Origin: Heteronotia binoei
Lineage: Eukaryota
Length of the DNA stretch: 64,000 nt
Direction: 5' to 3'
Assembly: GCF_032191835.1 (NCBI RefSeq)
Contig: NC_083234.1
Coordinates: 55,924,001-55,988,000, forward strand
Shown one piece after another: positions 49,201 through 62,800 of this stretch (its first letter is position 1; every line of letters starts with the position of its first letter). The position numbers were made by a program, and so were the translations under genes. The notes under the pieces are model-generated. The model saw only the letters and a list, made by a program, of their open reading frames with translations. It had not been told where the DNA came from and ran no database searches.

Positions 49201-52200
49201 TATTACAACATCTGAGATGCTGGACTGAGGCCCAAATAACAAACTATATATTTGCTGAAGAACAGAACATATAGCAACAAGGCTGTTGTGATGTTTGCTG
49301 TTTGTTACAAACTGGGGGGGGGGGGGGGGGGGAGGGAGGGAGCCACTTGTCAGAAAACAATCAGACATAGCTTTTTGGAAAATAAATACAACCTACTTAC
49401 TTTATGGAAACGAATTAAGTTGTCTGGCTAACAAACAAATGCTCTTTTTAGGCAATTTATCTGGGCTGAAAAATTCTCTTTGCAAAACTTCTCAACAAGC
49501 CCAGCAATTAGAACTGCATGATTTTGCAAGGTCAACCCCTGCTTTCTGAGGAGAATAAAAATAAATAAATAAAGGAGGAAAGGGAAACCAAACTTCAAGA
49601 GGGACAAGAGTGAATACTCCTGTCACATTTACTAACCTGGGTCAGCATCAACGGGATCAGGCACCCAGTCTTCTGGCTGAGAGACGTCGTCATCACTCTC
49701 TTGGCCATTCTCCAATGTTACTGGATCAGCTTTGGAGAGCTCGTTTGCCAAGTCACCGGATCCTTCAGCATCACCTGTTAGACCGGCCACAATCTGCCGC
49801 ACTGTATCCTCCCTGGTTCTGTGAAGAGGAGGTAACCAGCTTGAAGCCCAAGAGCTATGGTATGAGCCTACACAGGTGTTTCTGCCAGTACTATGCCAGC
49901 ACCTACACCCACCTGCACCATCCCTTGCAAGAACTGTGACAATTATAGTTTGGGAAACGGGCTGTGGACCTCTAACAATTCTCAGCATCCTCCAAAAGCT
50001 ACAGTTCCCAATATTCCTTGAGGGGAAGGCAGGCCTATGTTTTAAACAGCTCCTGCTCACCTCAAGTATTTCCTGATGGGCTCACAGGCCACCTCCAAGA
50101 TGACCATGGAAGGGTCCAGCTCTCGCAGGGCTTTGATAGCTGAGATGTAGAGGGTAATGATATCCGATGTATTCACTCCTAAAACAAACATGTATGGAGA
50201 TGCAGAAACTATAGGTTCTGCCCCCTTGGAAAATGCAAATGCCAAAAAGCTCACCAACTGCTCTTCAGGTTGGTGTAGCCCTGTATAACCCACAAAAAAA
50301 TATTGTAAAGGGAATAGTTGATCCCTTCTGCCACAGACAAAGGCAAGAAGAAAGCCTTAAACAGCTCATATCAGGCTTCATCCAGTGGATTAAATTCAAC
50401 ACATCACATACATTAAGCCATTTGAGCTGGAATCTGTGTGAGGTCTTTGGCTACCACCAGTTTCAAAGCACCTCTGATTTTTCTTTGTCATCTTTCCTAG
50501 TCATACAACTTCCCTATGAGGCTGGTCAGAGTTATTTCGATTTCACGAAATGGGTAACTGTAGCTAAGTGGCAGAGCTTTGCTCAAGGGACAGCCCACAG
50601 CAGAGATGAGCTCTGAAGCCACATCTCCCAGATCCATGTCCAATGTTTTATTCAGAGCTACCCTGTTGACTCTTGCCTTCCATCTTAACTGACTACTGCC
50701 AAGGAAGAGGAGAACAGAACTAGTCCCAGATTAGGTCAGGAGGCAACTTACAGCAGCAACTGGGAAAAGAGGGATGCAAGCCACTGACCTACGTTTAGTA
50801 GCCTCATGTACTGTGCTGTATTCTTTTCTCATGTATAAACATAAGAAGAGCCTTGTGCAACTGGAAGTCCAGAATTCTGTTTTCAGCTGCAGCCAGACAG
50901 ATGCTTCTGGGCATGAAGCCAACAGCCCTCCCCTGTTGCTTGTCCCCAGAATCTGGTATTCAGAGGTAGATTCTTAGAGCACGGAAGATCTATTTAGCTG
51001 TTGCTAGACACATCCTCCTCCATGAATTTGTCTGATTTAAATCCATTTAAGCCTGTGGCTAGCAACATGCTTTGTGCAAATTTCATAAATTAACTACCTC
51101 CCTTGTGTCTGCCCAGAATCTACAGCTCATGAGTTTCAGAGGATGATTTGAGCTCCAATATAGTGAGAAAAGAGACAACACAACAGAAAGTTTGGAAAGC
51201 ACATGATGTGACAACCTTGATGAAGCTAAGCAGGTCTGGGTTTGGTCAACACCAGGACAGGAGGCCCACTGGGAACATCATGTTTTCAGTTTTGATGAGT
51301 TCCATGAGGAAGGAAAGGCAAATTATAAACAAACACTGCTATCTACTTCCTCCATGTGAATTATCTTTTGTAAATCTCTATCATAGATTGCAGCCACAGG
51401 AAAGGTGCAGGGTTAAAAGTACCCACCAGGATGAAGAAGCCGCATTTCTAAGGCACTCTTCAGAGAGCGCAGAAGCTGCTGTCGTTGATTGGTCCGTTCT
51501 AGACAGTACTTCAGATCATCCACTGCTGGCTTTGACTCTGGGAAATCTGCAGGCCAAAAAATGGGAAAGGAAGCACTGCACAATCATGGCATATGAACAG
51601 AATGGCAAGACAGTTATTTATTGATGAGATGAAAATAATAATGAGCATTTACATAGTGCATTCCAAGTCTACAAAATGCCTCGTTTACATGACTTCAATA
51701 ATCCCTACAACAACTGATTAAGTAATATTTTCATCCAAAGTGTTATTATCCCTGTATCATAGATGGAGGTCAAAGAATCGATAGCTTAAATCTTAACTGG
51801 GCAAAATTTAACTCTGTGAGTTTCCAACTCCAAGTCTTAGCCTCTATGACATAGTAATTTGACAATAAAAATTCACTCTAAATTGTACCTCACAAAATAA
51901 GGAGATGACTTGGTGGGTTTTTGTTTCTTTTGTTTCTTCTTGAAGGCTGACTGATAAGCGGTATTCAGCATCAGGATCACAGAGAAAGATATCTGCAGGC
52001 AACCCCTTCTGCAGTGATTTGCCTACTGGGGGGACCCTGTGTATCATCTGGGTCTGAACCATTGCAGAAGATTGAGGCATCTTCTAGTGCTCATTTTATG
52101 CAGGGTGCTGGACAGACTTGGTAGGCCTCATGTAAAATAAACCCTAAACATGTGCAACACTCTCCTGCAGGTTCACATAGCAGGGGGACCACATGACATT

Positions 52201-55200
52201 GTCTTACAGAATGAAAGGTTCCAGATGGAGAAAGGTCTTTCCCAACACTTGCTAATTGAAATTGTTTTAACTACAGATGATGGGGGTAGAACCTGGGATC
52301 TTCTGCTTACAAAACAGCTGCTTTATCACTGAACCACCAAGTCAGAGTTCAGTAGTTGAGACAAGGCTGCCTTTCAGGCAACACGAGCATGCCATTACCA
52401 ATCTTCTCATTAAGCAACCCCTGGCAAACTAGTCTTGCACAGGGGCTGAAGTTTCAGGCACAAAACCCCACTCTGCAGTAAAGCTTACAAGTGACCTTGG
52501 AATACTCTCTTGGTGTAACCTACCACACAGAACTGATGTAATATAAAACGGGGAAGGAACAACCAAGTCCATCACCCTAAATTTCTTGAATGAAGGGTAG
52601 GATAAAAACTGGAGATAGACAGAGCTTCAAAAAACCCTACTGGGGCTCTCTAGAGAATAGTTTGAAAGATATTGATGTTTACTCTTTGGTTGGTTTCCTA
52701 GCTAGAAACATTTGCCCTGCAAGCATCTATTCTGCAGACACCTGTCCTCTGCTTGTGGAACTCTATAATAGTCTGTGACATCCTGTGCAACTGTAGAGGG
52801 AGAGCTGGACCAATCCAGGATTGATAGGCCCCATTTATGCAGGGTGAAAGGAACCTTTTAAACAGTCATTCAAACTCTTGAGAAAAGGAGGAGGAAGGAG
52901 AAACAACTTGCAAGGCTAGAGCATGCATGCCTTTACCTCGAATGATGCTGAACAGTTCTTCAATGCGCATGCTAGCATATAGGCGGTAGAAGAATCTTTG
53001 GACATGGCATCGCCAACGCTTCAGACTGCTGTTGGCTTCAGGGTTGGGATGGGTAGCAGCCCCTCCTTGCAGAAACACTCTGCTAAGCCAGCCAATCACC
53101 TTTTCAATCCACTGCATGACGAGAGAGAGAGAGAATGAATATGAAAATCACCATCAGAGACTCCACAAGGCTTCCAAAATGCAAACCCATTTACCAATTT
53201 CTGTCTCATTCATCCACAGAGAAAGGTCTATTTTATGTTCTTCTTATGGAGAAGGAATGCAGGTTGAGACAGAATGGGTTTCTTACAGCCACTCAGTGAG
53301 CTTTATGCCTGAGACTGGTACTCACAGCTCCCACATCAAATTACCAAGAGATATTTATCCTTTTCTGGAAGAGTCCTGTTGCTCCACCTTTCATAAAGCC
53401 AGATGAAGACACACAATACTACTTTATACTGAAGCAAACCACTGGTCAATCAAACTAATTACTGTCTACTCAGACCGATAGCAACTCTCTTCTGTCTCAG
53501 GCTAAGGTCTGTAAAGAATTGCTACAAGAAAACACCAAGACAACCAGAAAGGTAGAAGGAGGACCCAACTTTTTTTCCAGCTCACAGAACTTTTGCTGCT
53601 TGGTAGCTTAGAGGTGATCTTTATTTACCAAACGCAACAGGGCTACTTCCAAACTACTCACAATTTGCCTGTAGTGTGAATCAGAGAGACATGGGTTCAA
53701 GTCTCCCCTCTATGTGGCAAAAGAGAGTCTCTTGCTTCTGAATAAATAGTTTTACATCCTCATTGGTTGGAGTGAGGTGGGGTTTGCAAGGCTGAGCCTT
53801 AAGAATGTAAACCAGTTTACAAGAAATATAGAGGGACTGGCCACTAAGGTAATTGTTTCCCAAAATCTTGCTTTAGGCCACTGGTTTTCAAACTGTGTTA
53901 CAGGGAACCCAGAGTTCTCAAGAAGCTTGTTAGTCCTTCCTCAGTTTGCTAGTTGTTTCCTGAGAGCTTTACAACAGCTGTTGAACTTTTCCTGCAACCA
54001 GCAGTCACAGGGGAGAGCCAAATTGTGCTCCATGGCATGATCAGTTTATGGTAACCAATGATGAGGTACAACAATCAGAACAGCATCCTATGAGAACCTA
54101 CCCTGAGCTCCAGACTCTTTTGCAATGCATGGGGTTCCCAAATCAAATCTATGCAGGAAGATCTAAGGCCACCAGTTGAAGCACCACATTTCAAGGGAAC
54201 ACCTCACAAAAAGTGAAGATAAGCAAGAACTATGGCTGGGTTTTTAAAGTTCATATACAAAACATACCTAGTTTTGAATATAAACGCATATACACAAAGC
54301 TGTCTTATAACGTAAAACATCAGTTCACATAACTTGCTTATCATCCACTCCAACTCACAGCAACTAAGTCTTTCTGCACACATACAATATAAGACATAAG
54401 TGGCAATGCGAGGGAGTCAACCTGGGACCTGCTGTATTCAAGACACATGCTCTGCCACTGAGTCATGGCCTTAGCTACCAAAACCCCACTCACCTCTTGG
54501 AATTCGTTCAGAAAGGAGCGTTCATATTCCCCCCGGCATCTCCACTCCATCCGCTCCTCGATCATTCTGTGCAGGATGTTGGTGACGGCATCAGCGCTTA
54601 CGCGTTCCAGCAGATTGAGCCTGCGACTGAAGGGACAAATGGTTGTTCCTCAGTAATCAGTACAAAAATAAAAACCCCTAAATCAACTCCAGGTGGTCTG
54701 GAGAAGAAGTATTTAAAAACAAAAACTGGAAAAATATTTGAGCAACTCTAGCTCCCTTTAATGAGCATTTTGTTTCATGATTACTTAGCAGTGTGTCCCC
54801 ATTAAAATGATCTCTCTGTTCTGCCGGCCACCTTGGAATATTATGATTATTAGTTACAGATACACTTGGGTGGATATGCATGCAAGTCTAGGGGGAAGTT
54901 AGAGTGCTCTTGCATTATAACATTTACTGTTTTCTTTTTGCTGACAGAAGCAACTGTATCAGTAGGTTATATTTTCAATTAAAGGTAAAGGTAGTCCTCT
55001 GTGCAAGCACCAGTCGTTTTCGACTCTGGGGTGATGTTGCTTTCACAACATTTTCACGACAGACTTTTTACGGGGTGGTTTGCCATTGCCTTCCCCAGTC
55101 ATCTACACTTTCCCCCCAGCAAGCTGGGTACTCATTTTACTGACCTCGGAAGGATGGAAGGCTGAGTCTACCTGGAGCCAGCTACCTGAACCAGCTTTTG

Positions 55201-58200
55201 CTGGGATTGAACTCAGGTCGTGAGCAGAGGGCTCCAACTGCAGTACTGCAGCTTTACCACTCTGTGCCACGGGGCTCTTCATATATTTTTTTCAATTAGA
55301 GCAAAGTATATAATAAAGTAGGAGTGAGGAGCTAAGCCTTACACTGCACAAACTCCTCATCCTGACTTCCAAGGTCATCTTACTTCTCTACCTTTTTATT
55401 CTCATTACCTTGACCATGACCATCACCCAGATCCACCATGCTCAGCTGCCCAAAGGTCTTCTGATCCTTTAAATAACACTGAACTCCTCCAACCCCATGG
55501 ACCTTTCTTCCTGAAGCCCACTTGTAAAATATTTACATGAGTCTGCCTCTCCTTTTTCTTTCAGATCCTCTCCCATAACCCACCTTTTCTATCAAACCTT
55601 TGGCACATTAATACCCACCAACAACTGAAACAAAGCTCAAGAATGTGTAACAAGACTAACACTGCAATCCTCTACAGAGTTACTCCAGTCTAAGCCCATG
55701 GATTTCAATGAACTTAGACTCAAGTAACTTTGCACAGGATTGTGTTGTAAACATTCGTCCCTTGCTATCTTCCTCCTGCCTTTTAAAGTGTAGCTGCCTG
55801 GAACAGGGTGCTGTCTTCTTGCTTGTGTTACTCTGTCAAGCACCCTGACAGGACTACAACAAATAATAATAAACTAAAAGGTATTAGACAAGTCAATCCC
55901 CCTCACCCTCATTTTGCAATGTGTGGATAATAATGCTGGCATACCTTACAAGGCAATGACTATTCTCTGAACATTCTGAAGCTCTACAAAAATGTGAAAT
56001 ATTGTTACAAACTACTCAAAAGTCATATTGTTATCTCCATACTGCAATAGGGCAGGGAGGAAACTAAAAGGGCACAGCTTGCCCAAGTCTCCTTACTGAT
56101 CACGGCTGAGGTGATGTTTCAGTCGGGGCTGCCCTGGCTATGATTTATTTAATTCATTTTTACCCCATTTTTCTCCTCAGTGGGGACCCAAAACGGTTTA
56201 CGTCATTCTCCTCTATCCTCACAACCACCCTGTGAGGTGGGCTAGGCTGAGAGTGTGTGACTGATCCAAGATCACCCACTTAGCTTCCATGGCATGAGTG
56301 GGTATTTGAACCTGTGCCTCCCAGATATCATCCCAACATTCTTAACCACTACGCCACATGGGGGTCTCATTACTTCCCTAATTCCTGTGTCCTGTGCACT
56401 GAATTGGTTCGCAACTAGCAGCAAGAGCCTTCACAATTATGTTTCATGTCTGTTTTCAAGCCCTAAAAAGTGCTTACAGAATGTCGTTGAGCTGCTGAAA
56501 CTGTTCCATGGCTGTTGGGCACCAACACTGTGCCTTCTTACAGTTGCAGCCTGCACACTGCAGGCCTCCTCCTCCAGGTTCACCCTCCTCTACTTCACTC
56601 TCTTGCTCATTGTCACTCATGCTGTTCTCTCCTTCATTTGCCTTGTCTTCGCTTCTCTTCCATTGCTTCATGTAGATATTGAAACTGCGGCTGTAAAACT
56701 GTTGGATCATCTCCTGGAAGTTTTTTGTGGTGGAGAAGAAGAGGATGGCTCTGAACATGGTGTAGACTTTCTCCTGCAACCCCTGGGATCCAGTCCCAAG
56801 CAGCAAGCCTGCTTTGGTCCATTTCTCCAGAAGCTCCATGCTGTGCAGGTAAGGGTCCAGGCGACATTTCAGCAGACAAAAGGCATCCAGGAGCAGGAGA
56901 GAGCACTGGGGCTCTTCGGCTGTATTTTCGTACTGTGCAATACAATTCCAGAACTCTGGAGCAATGTTTGCCTGAAGGTCAGTCTGTAGAACTTCCAAAA
57001 ACCATTCCTCCACAACTGAGTTTAAGTTATACCGCTGCAATACCTCTACGGCAACCTGCAAGTCATAATCCTTTGGTGGCCCTGCCACGCTTGATCGAGG
57101 TGCTGCCTAAAAAGCAAAACCACCAAATGAAATAAAGGAGATCTAGAGAAGGCAGATAGAAAGCAAATTGTGTGCCACTCTCAGGCTGTCAAACAGAAGA
57201 CTACTTCAGTTGCAATCTTTAACTGAAGATGACCAAAGCACATGCTCTGAGACCAGGCTACACTTCAGTGCACCAGACAGCAAATGACTTCCAAGGCAGT
57301 TCCTGTCTACAGTCAGACATACCTCTAAGCAAACCAAAATAAAAGTCCATGAATGTAAATAAGTAATGCACTGTAATATTGTTTCAAAACTAAATCATCC
57401 AAATGATATTATACAACAAACTTGTCAATAGCTCCTTAAGTCCTTATCTGTTTAAGTCCTTATCGTAACAAATCCAATGAAGACATACAACTTCAAAACT
57501 CTAAGACTGGTAGATACAAAAGTGTTTATGCTGATCCTGCAAAGTTCCAATAAAGTGCTGCAAGTTGTCTGTTCTTAATCACTTCCTCATATTTTTCTCA
57601 GAAATGATGATTCCTAGGTGGATTGTACATATTCAAGCCTCTAACAAATACCATTGATTTGTGAAGTCATTTCCATGTAACCAGGCCTCATTTTCAGCAG
57701 AAGCTCACAGGATCAGAGCTCCAGAACCTCTAAATTTTATTGTGCTTTCTTTCTTACCCGCCCCCCCCCCCTAGTTGCTTCTGGGCTCCATTGTTCAAAC
57801 CCCCTGTGAGAATTTTGCTGAACTCTTAAGATTTGACAAATTTTCTAATATTTTCCCCCACAAAAATGGGAAAATAACCAAAACATATAAAGCAGACAGA
57901 TGGAAATCCTCATCCTGTCACTGTGGCCACATAGGAGAAAGTAATTTAAAAAGTATGATGGGAGCAGTGTTCCCTCTAAGCTGAGTTAGTGTGAGCTACC
58001 TCAGTTTTTTAGCCTCTGGCTCACAAAAAATGGCCCCAGGGCAAACTAATTTATGCAGTAGCTTGCAACTTTATTGCTACAAGCTCACAACTTTAATGCT
58101 AGTAGCTCACAAAGTAGAATTTTGCTCACAAAACTCCACAGCTTAGAGGGAGCATTGGATGGGAGTAAGGTTTTATCATGACAATTATAATTCAAGAAGC

Positions 58201-59220
58201 ATTTTAAGGTAGATGCTGAGTGATATAATTTAGTACACCTTCTGGTGATGTCAGGGGTGTGTGGCATATGCAAATAAGTTGTGCTATTGAGCTTCAGCAC
58301 CTCTTTTTCTATGAAATGACTCCTGCATTATCTTCAGAGAGGCATAATCCATATCATTCCAAAGTGGACAGCAAAGTCTCAAGCACCTGTCTTCTGGAGA
58401 AGAAATAAGGACTTAAACATTTTTGAATAGCCTTACACTTTACATGGACTCTATTCTCTCTGTGCTACTGACAAGTTTGTTATATAATATTATTAGGATG
58501 ATTTAGTTTTGAAATATTAGTACAGTGCTTTAGTTATTTACATTCAATGACTTTTGTTTTATTATAATCTCTACACCATGAATCTCTCTTTGTTTGATAC
58601 CTCTAGACACTACAAAGCCTCTCACCTCAAAAGGCTCTGGGGTACCAGTGAAGGGGAGCAACTTGCTAATTATTTCATTTTGTTACTGTTCAGACTTTTA
58701 TATTTATAACTATGGAGCCTCATTTGTGCTTCTTCACTACTAGTACAATTGCGGCCTGTTTTACTTACCACCAACCAGAAACATCATGTGCTAATTGCAT
58801 CAAATACAGAGACGTCCCTTCTATCCCACCACCTTAAAAATATGAATCCCATGACCCCACCACCACCACCACCTTTTCTGGGTCAACAGACTTCACCTGG
58901 TAAGTAAATTTCCCTCGCCCTCCACGCCCCCAATTGTCCTGCCGAAAGCCACTCCCTGCTCATTCCAGGGAGGTCCTGTCTGCCCCTATCCCGAGTTGAC
59001 CCGCCCCCATCGGGTTGCCTTCTTTGTCTTTTGGACCCTATTTGTGCGTCCCCTTAACTCTCCCCCAAATACACCTGGAGGCCCCCTCCCCTCCATATGC
59101 GAACTGCAACCCCCTAACCCGCTTCCCCCGTTTTGTGCCCCGTTCTCCACCTACCAGACCGAGGGCAGCGGGCGGTACTAGGCCGGTGCTAAGCGTGTGC
59201 CAGGCGGCCGAGAGCTCCAT
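43209..59220 (-). CDS. ANAPC2: Anaphase-promoting complex subunit 2, 13 exons, 807 aa
   Basis: Exons 59155-59220, 56478-57106, 54494-54626, 52937-53111, 51427-51546, 50061-50178, 49637-49818, 48517-48658, 47184-47259, 46193-46396, 45263-45392, 44238-44473, 43209-43421; sum 2424 nt, all GT-AG. Cullin-homology sequences (RLLHPGVNTSDIITLYISAIKALRELDPS; DIISLLVSIYGSKDLFINEYR; LLKLRFGEAQMHYCEVMLK) and winged-helix C-terminus (LESLSLERIHSMLKIFV). Confidence 0.97.
43790..44003 (+). mobile_element. Squam3-like tRNA-derived SINE, near full length, antisense in ANAPC2 intron 12
   Basis: A/B boxes in GGCTCAGTGGTAGAGCATCTGC...GGTTCAATCCCTGGCATCTCC, body GAGACCCTGGAGAGCCGCTGCCAGTC, tail GGCAGCTTCATATGTTCATATG. 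Confidence 0.85.
44820..45143. mobile_element. hAT MITE in ANAPC2 intron 11
   Basis: CAGGGGTCCCCAA ... TGGAGACCCCTG, TSD CAACAGAG / CAGTAGAG (6 of 8). Confidence 0.75.
47540..47729. repeat. Perfect 2 x 95-bp tandem duplication in ANAPC2 intron 8
   Basis: GCACTGGTGCTCTTGC...CAGTCATCATCGC at 47540-47634 and 47635-47729, no mismatch seen. Confidence 0.9.
54980..55280 (-). mobile_element. Sauria SINE (Squam1) in ANAPC2 intron 2
   Basis: AAAGGTAAAGGTAGTCC...CCACTCTGTGCCACGGGGCTCTT. Confidence 0.9.
57965..58157. mobile_element. hAT MITE (TIR CAGTGTTCCCTCTAAGCTG)
   Basis: TIRs and perfect 8-bp TSD GATGGGAG. Confidence 0.9.
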
Positions 59221-59800
59221 GACTGGCTCTCCAAAGAGGCCAAGCCAGGCGCTCGGCGAGGACCGTTGGAGGAGGAGCAAAGAAACGGAACGGAAGGAAA
59301 GGAAAGGAAAGGCCGAGAGCGGAAAGGAAGGAGACGGACAGCAGCTGCCGCCGCCGCCGCGGTCCTGAGCTCGGCGATGACCCAGCAAGGGGCGGCACTG
59401 CAGAGCTACAATAACGAGCTGGTCAAATGTGAGGAGAGGGTGAACAGACAGGCTCGCAGGGAAGACTAGGCCGCGGGTTACTATGGCGACGAGGACATGT
59501 TTGGGCGGAAGAGAAGGAAGTTTAACCGCTTTGGGGTATTAGGAAAGTTAAGAGCACGAGGGCGGCGGCGAGTCTGTGGCGAAAGGGTGGAGGGAGGTGT
59601 CTGTAGGACCACCCCGTCGGGATAAAAGACGACCGTGTATGGTAGGACATTGCGTAAGACTTCCCAGGACGCCGATACAGAGGGGGTTAGTTGCTAACTC
59701 CGGGTTGTTTCTGTTAATTTATACCCCGCTCCTCCCATGAACGACTCGGAGCGGTTAGGAAATTCCTGGGGATTTGGGGACGGGGTGCTTCCTGGGCAGT
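58900..59800. promoter_or_regulatory. ANAPC2/SSNA1 bidirectional CpG-island promoter
   Basis: Divergent ATGs at 59220 and 59377 (156 bp apart); CGGAA(G/A) ETS-like motifs and GGAAA run at ~59286-59330; CpG-rich. Confidence 0.85.
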
Positions 59801-62800
59801 GGCAGACTGAGTCTGAAAATATTGGTTACCAGGAGACAAAGGGGGCCTACCCAGAACTATGAGGCTATCATTTAATTTTTATAAGAAATAAATAAAATAT
59901 TCAAAAATACATCAGTGGAAAAAAGGTACAATTTAAACTTTTGCAAAATAAATTTTATTAATTTTTTTCATTAAAATTGTAATACAAAATAAATTTTAGT
60001 TGCATTACAGTAATAATATTGGAACTTCTATTATATTTTCAAGCTACTAAAAGGTTATTAACATTTTTAACATATTGCCTAATATTTAAGGGGGGCCACT
60101 TCATCAGGGGTCCAGTAGCCATTGGCCAAGCTGACACCCTGGCCAGTCCGCTACTGATCCTGGGGAAGGTGAGGTTGGGTTCCAAGTCCAATTCAAGAAA
60201 TATCTGGGGACTTTGGGGGTGGAGCCAGGAGACATTGGGGGTGGAACCAGAAGTAAGGTTATGACAAGCATAATTGAACTCCAAAGGGAATGCTGGCCAT
60301 CCCTTTTAAAGGAACTGTGCGCCTTTCCTCCATTAGAAATAATGAAGGATAGGGGTGCCTTCTTTGGGGGCTGATAGAATTGGACCCCCTGGTCCAATCT
60401 TTTTGAAACTTGGAGGGTCTTTTGAGGAGAGGCATTGAATGCTATGCTGCAAAGTTGGTGCCTCTACCTCAAAACACAGCTCCCCCCCACAGCCCCAGAT
60501 ACCTGCTGATCAGTTTTCCATTATACCTTATGGGGATTGGCCTCCATAGGGAATAATAGTGCCCAGCAGACAGTCCCCCCCCCCCTGCTTTCTGATGACC
60601 CTGGAACAGGGGGAGGGCCTCCAAACTGGGGGATCCCCTGCCCCTACCTGGGGATTGGCAACCCTCTTTGGGGAGGAGAGGGACGGGACCTCAGCAGAGT
60701 ATAATGCCATGGAGTTCATCCTTCAAATCAGTCGTTTTCTCCAACTGATCTCTGTGGTTTGGATATTAGTTGTAATTCTGAGAAATCTCCAAGCCCCACC
60801 TGGTGGCTGGCAACCCTAGACTGAGGTGTTTTGATGAATGAGAGGAGCCTGTGGAGTGCAATCCCAGAAGTTAGCATGGAGGTAAAGGGGTAGGACTGGC
60901 CATACTTGAGAATGTGAGATTTCTGTGGGCTCTAGGAGAGGTAGTCTTATTTTGCCTGCAAGAGGAAACAGATAACTCCTTCTGGTACTCTGTGGACAAA
61001 GGTATCTGAGCGTCTTATGATCAGGCATGGGCCTACTGCGTTTGAAGACTGTGGTCAGAGTCCTGAAAGCAAGATTGAGGGATAGTTGAGGTGTTAACCA
61101 AGGTCCTCGGGAAGTGGAAGATGTTACAGAAAAGAGATTTTTGAAAGCAGTCCTATCAAGTTTACTCAGAAGTAAGTCTAGTTTTATTAAGTGGGGCTTA
61201 CTTCCAGGAAACTATTCTTAAGATTGCAGCCTTTGTGTAGTGTACAATGGAGAAAGAGGGCTATAGGCTTGTCCAGTGTGCCATGGAGTTTAAATATCTG
61301 GGTAAATAATCTCCTCTAAGGAAACATGGTGCCTGGAGTGCTAACAGCCATTGCAAACTACTCGTGTGTAGGTTATAACACCCAATGTGTTGGCTCTCCC
61401 CATTTTATTCTTATGTAAGTTATTTATAGTCTGCCTTCCTCCCTGAGACTCAAGGCGAATTATACAGTGTAAATCAAATACAATCAGCAGGATTTATCAA
61501 ATAAATAATAATTGAATAATAACACTACCATACGGTGTCACGTGAGCTGAAATAGCCACTAGCTTGTGGTTTTTTAGATCTGTGAAAGAAAGTGCATACA
61601 GTTGCATGGTATGGGAAGAGTTGTGGCTTGGAAGTGCTGCTGTGTTGGGCAAAGGTGTATATATTGGGAGCAATGTTCCCTCTAAGCTGCAGAGTCTTGT
61701 GAGCAAAAATTCTACTTTATGAGCTGCTGGCATTAAAGTTGTGAGCTACTGCATAAATTAGTGTGCTCTGGGGTCATCCTTCCTGAGCTAAGACAAAAAT
61801 GTGTGAACTGGAGGCTAAAAATCTGTGAGTTAGCTCATGCTAACTCAGCTTAGAGGGAACACTGATTGGGAGCACTCAGAATCTTCCCATAATACAGTTC
61901 TTCCTTTTCAGGTATTGAAGATCTCTGTGTAAAAAGGGATGAACTAAACAAACAGATAAAGCTAGAGGAAGAGGAGAAGGTTAAGCTGCAGAATGAAATC
62001 CGCCTTTTGACGGAGAAGCTGGCCCGTATCAATGAGAACCTGGCCCGTAAGATGGCATCCCGGAATGAGTTTGATAAAACCATTGCTGAGACTGAAGCTG
62101 CTTATATGAAGGTAATTGGTTGTGAAACACCCATAACCTGGTTTGTTTGCTTCAAGGTAACTGGACAGAAGTTGTAGTGGTGGAAAATGCCAACCCATTG
62201 GAGCTGACTTATGGTGACCCTATAGGGTTGCCAAGACAAGAAATGTTCAGAAGTCATTTGCCATTGCCTGCCTCTGCATAGTGACCCTGGACTTCCTTGG
62301 TGGTTTCTTATCCAAATATGAACGAGGATTGACCTCGCTTAGCTTCTGAAATCTGATGAGATCGGGCTAGCCTGAGCCATCCTGGCCAGGGCAGCAGAAG
62401 CTGTATGTTTATATTAAGTGCAAGATTCTTGTCAGTTACCTACAATGCCATTATACTTCAGAAACTTGATTCCAAATCAGTGCAACTGAAATCTTGCTGA
62501 GCCTTGTTAATTGCTGCCATACATTTTCTGATGCATGGTGCTTGGAAGGTCCCTTCCCAAGGAAATATGGCATCAAGTAATTTTTTGGGGTGCAGAGGAA
62601 TTCTGTTACAAAGTACAACGAGCTGCAGAATTCTTCAGGTAAAAGATCACCTCGGTAGCCATTGGAAATTGAGTTGAAGTACTTCCAGGATGGCTGCAAG
62701 TTGTGCTTGGTTCTTTCATCTTTGCTGGTGAACAAGGCTAGGCAAATAAGAAAGTACCAATGCCCATAGCAGTCTCCTTCAGTGCAAAGCAAATACCAAC

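Noticed and set aside
49314-49332. Long G/C homopolymers (also ~6833-6846, ~16080-16093, ~37523-37539)
   Set aside because: Simple low-complexity runs of uncertain length; no supporting context for function.
56294-56989. 231-aa plus-strand ORF
   Set aside because: Antisense shadow of ANAPC2 exon 2.
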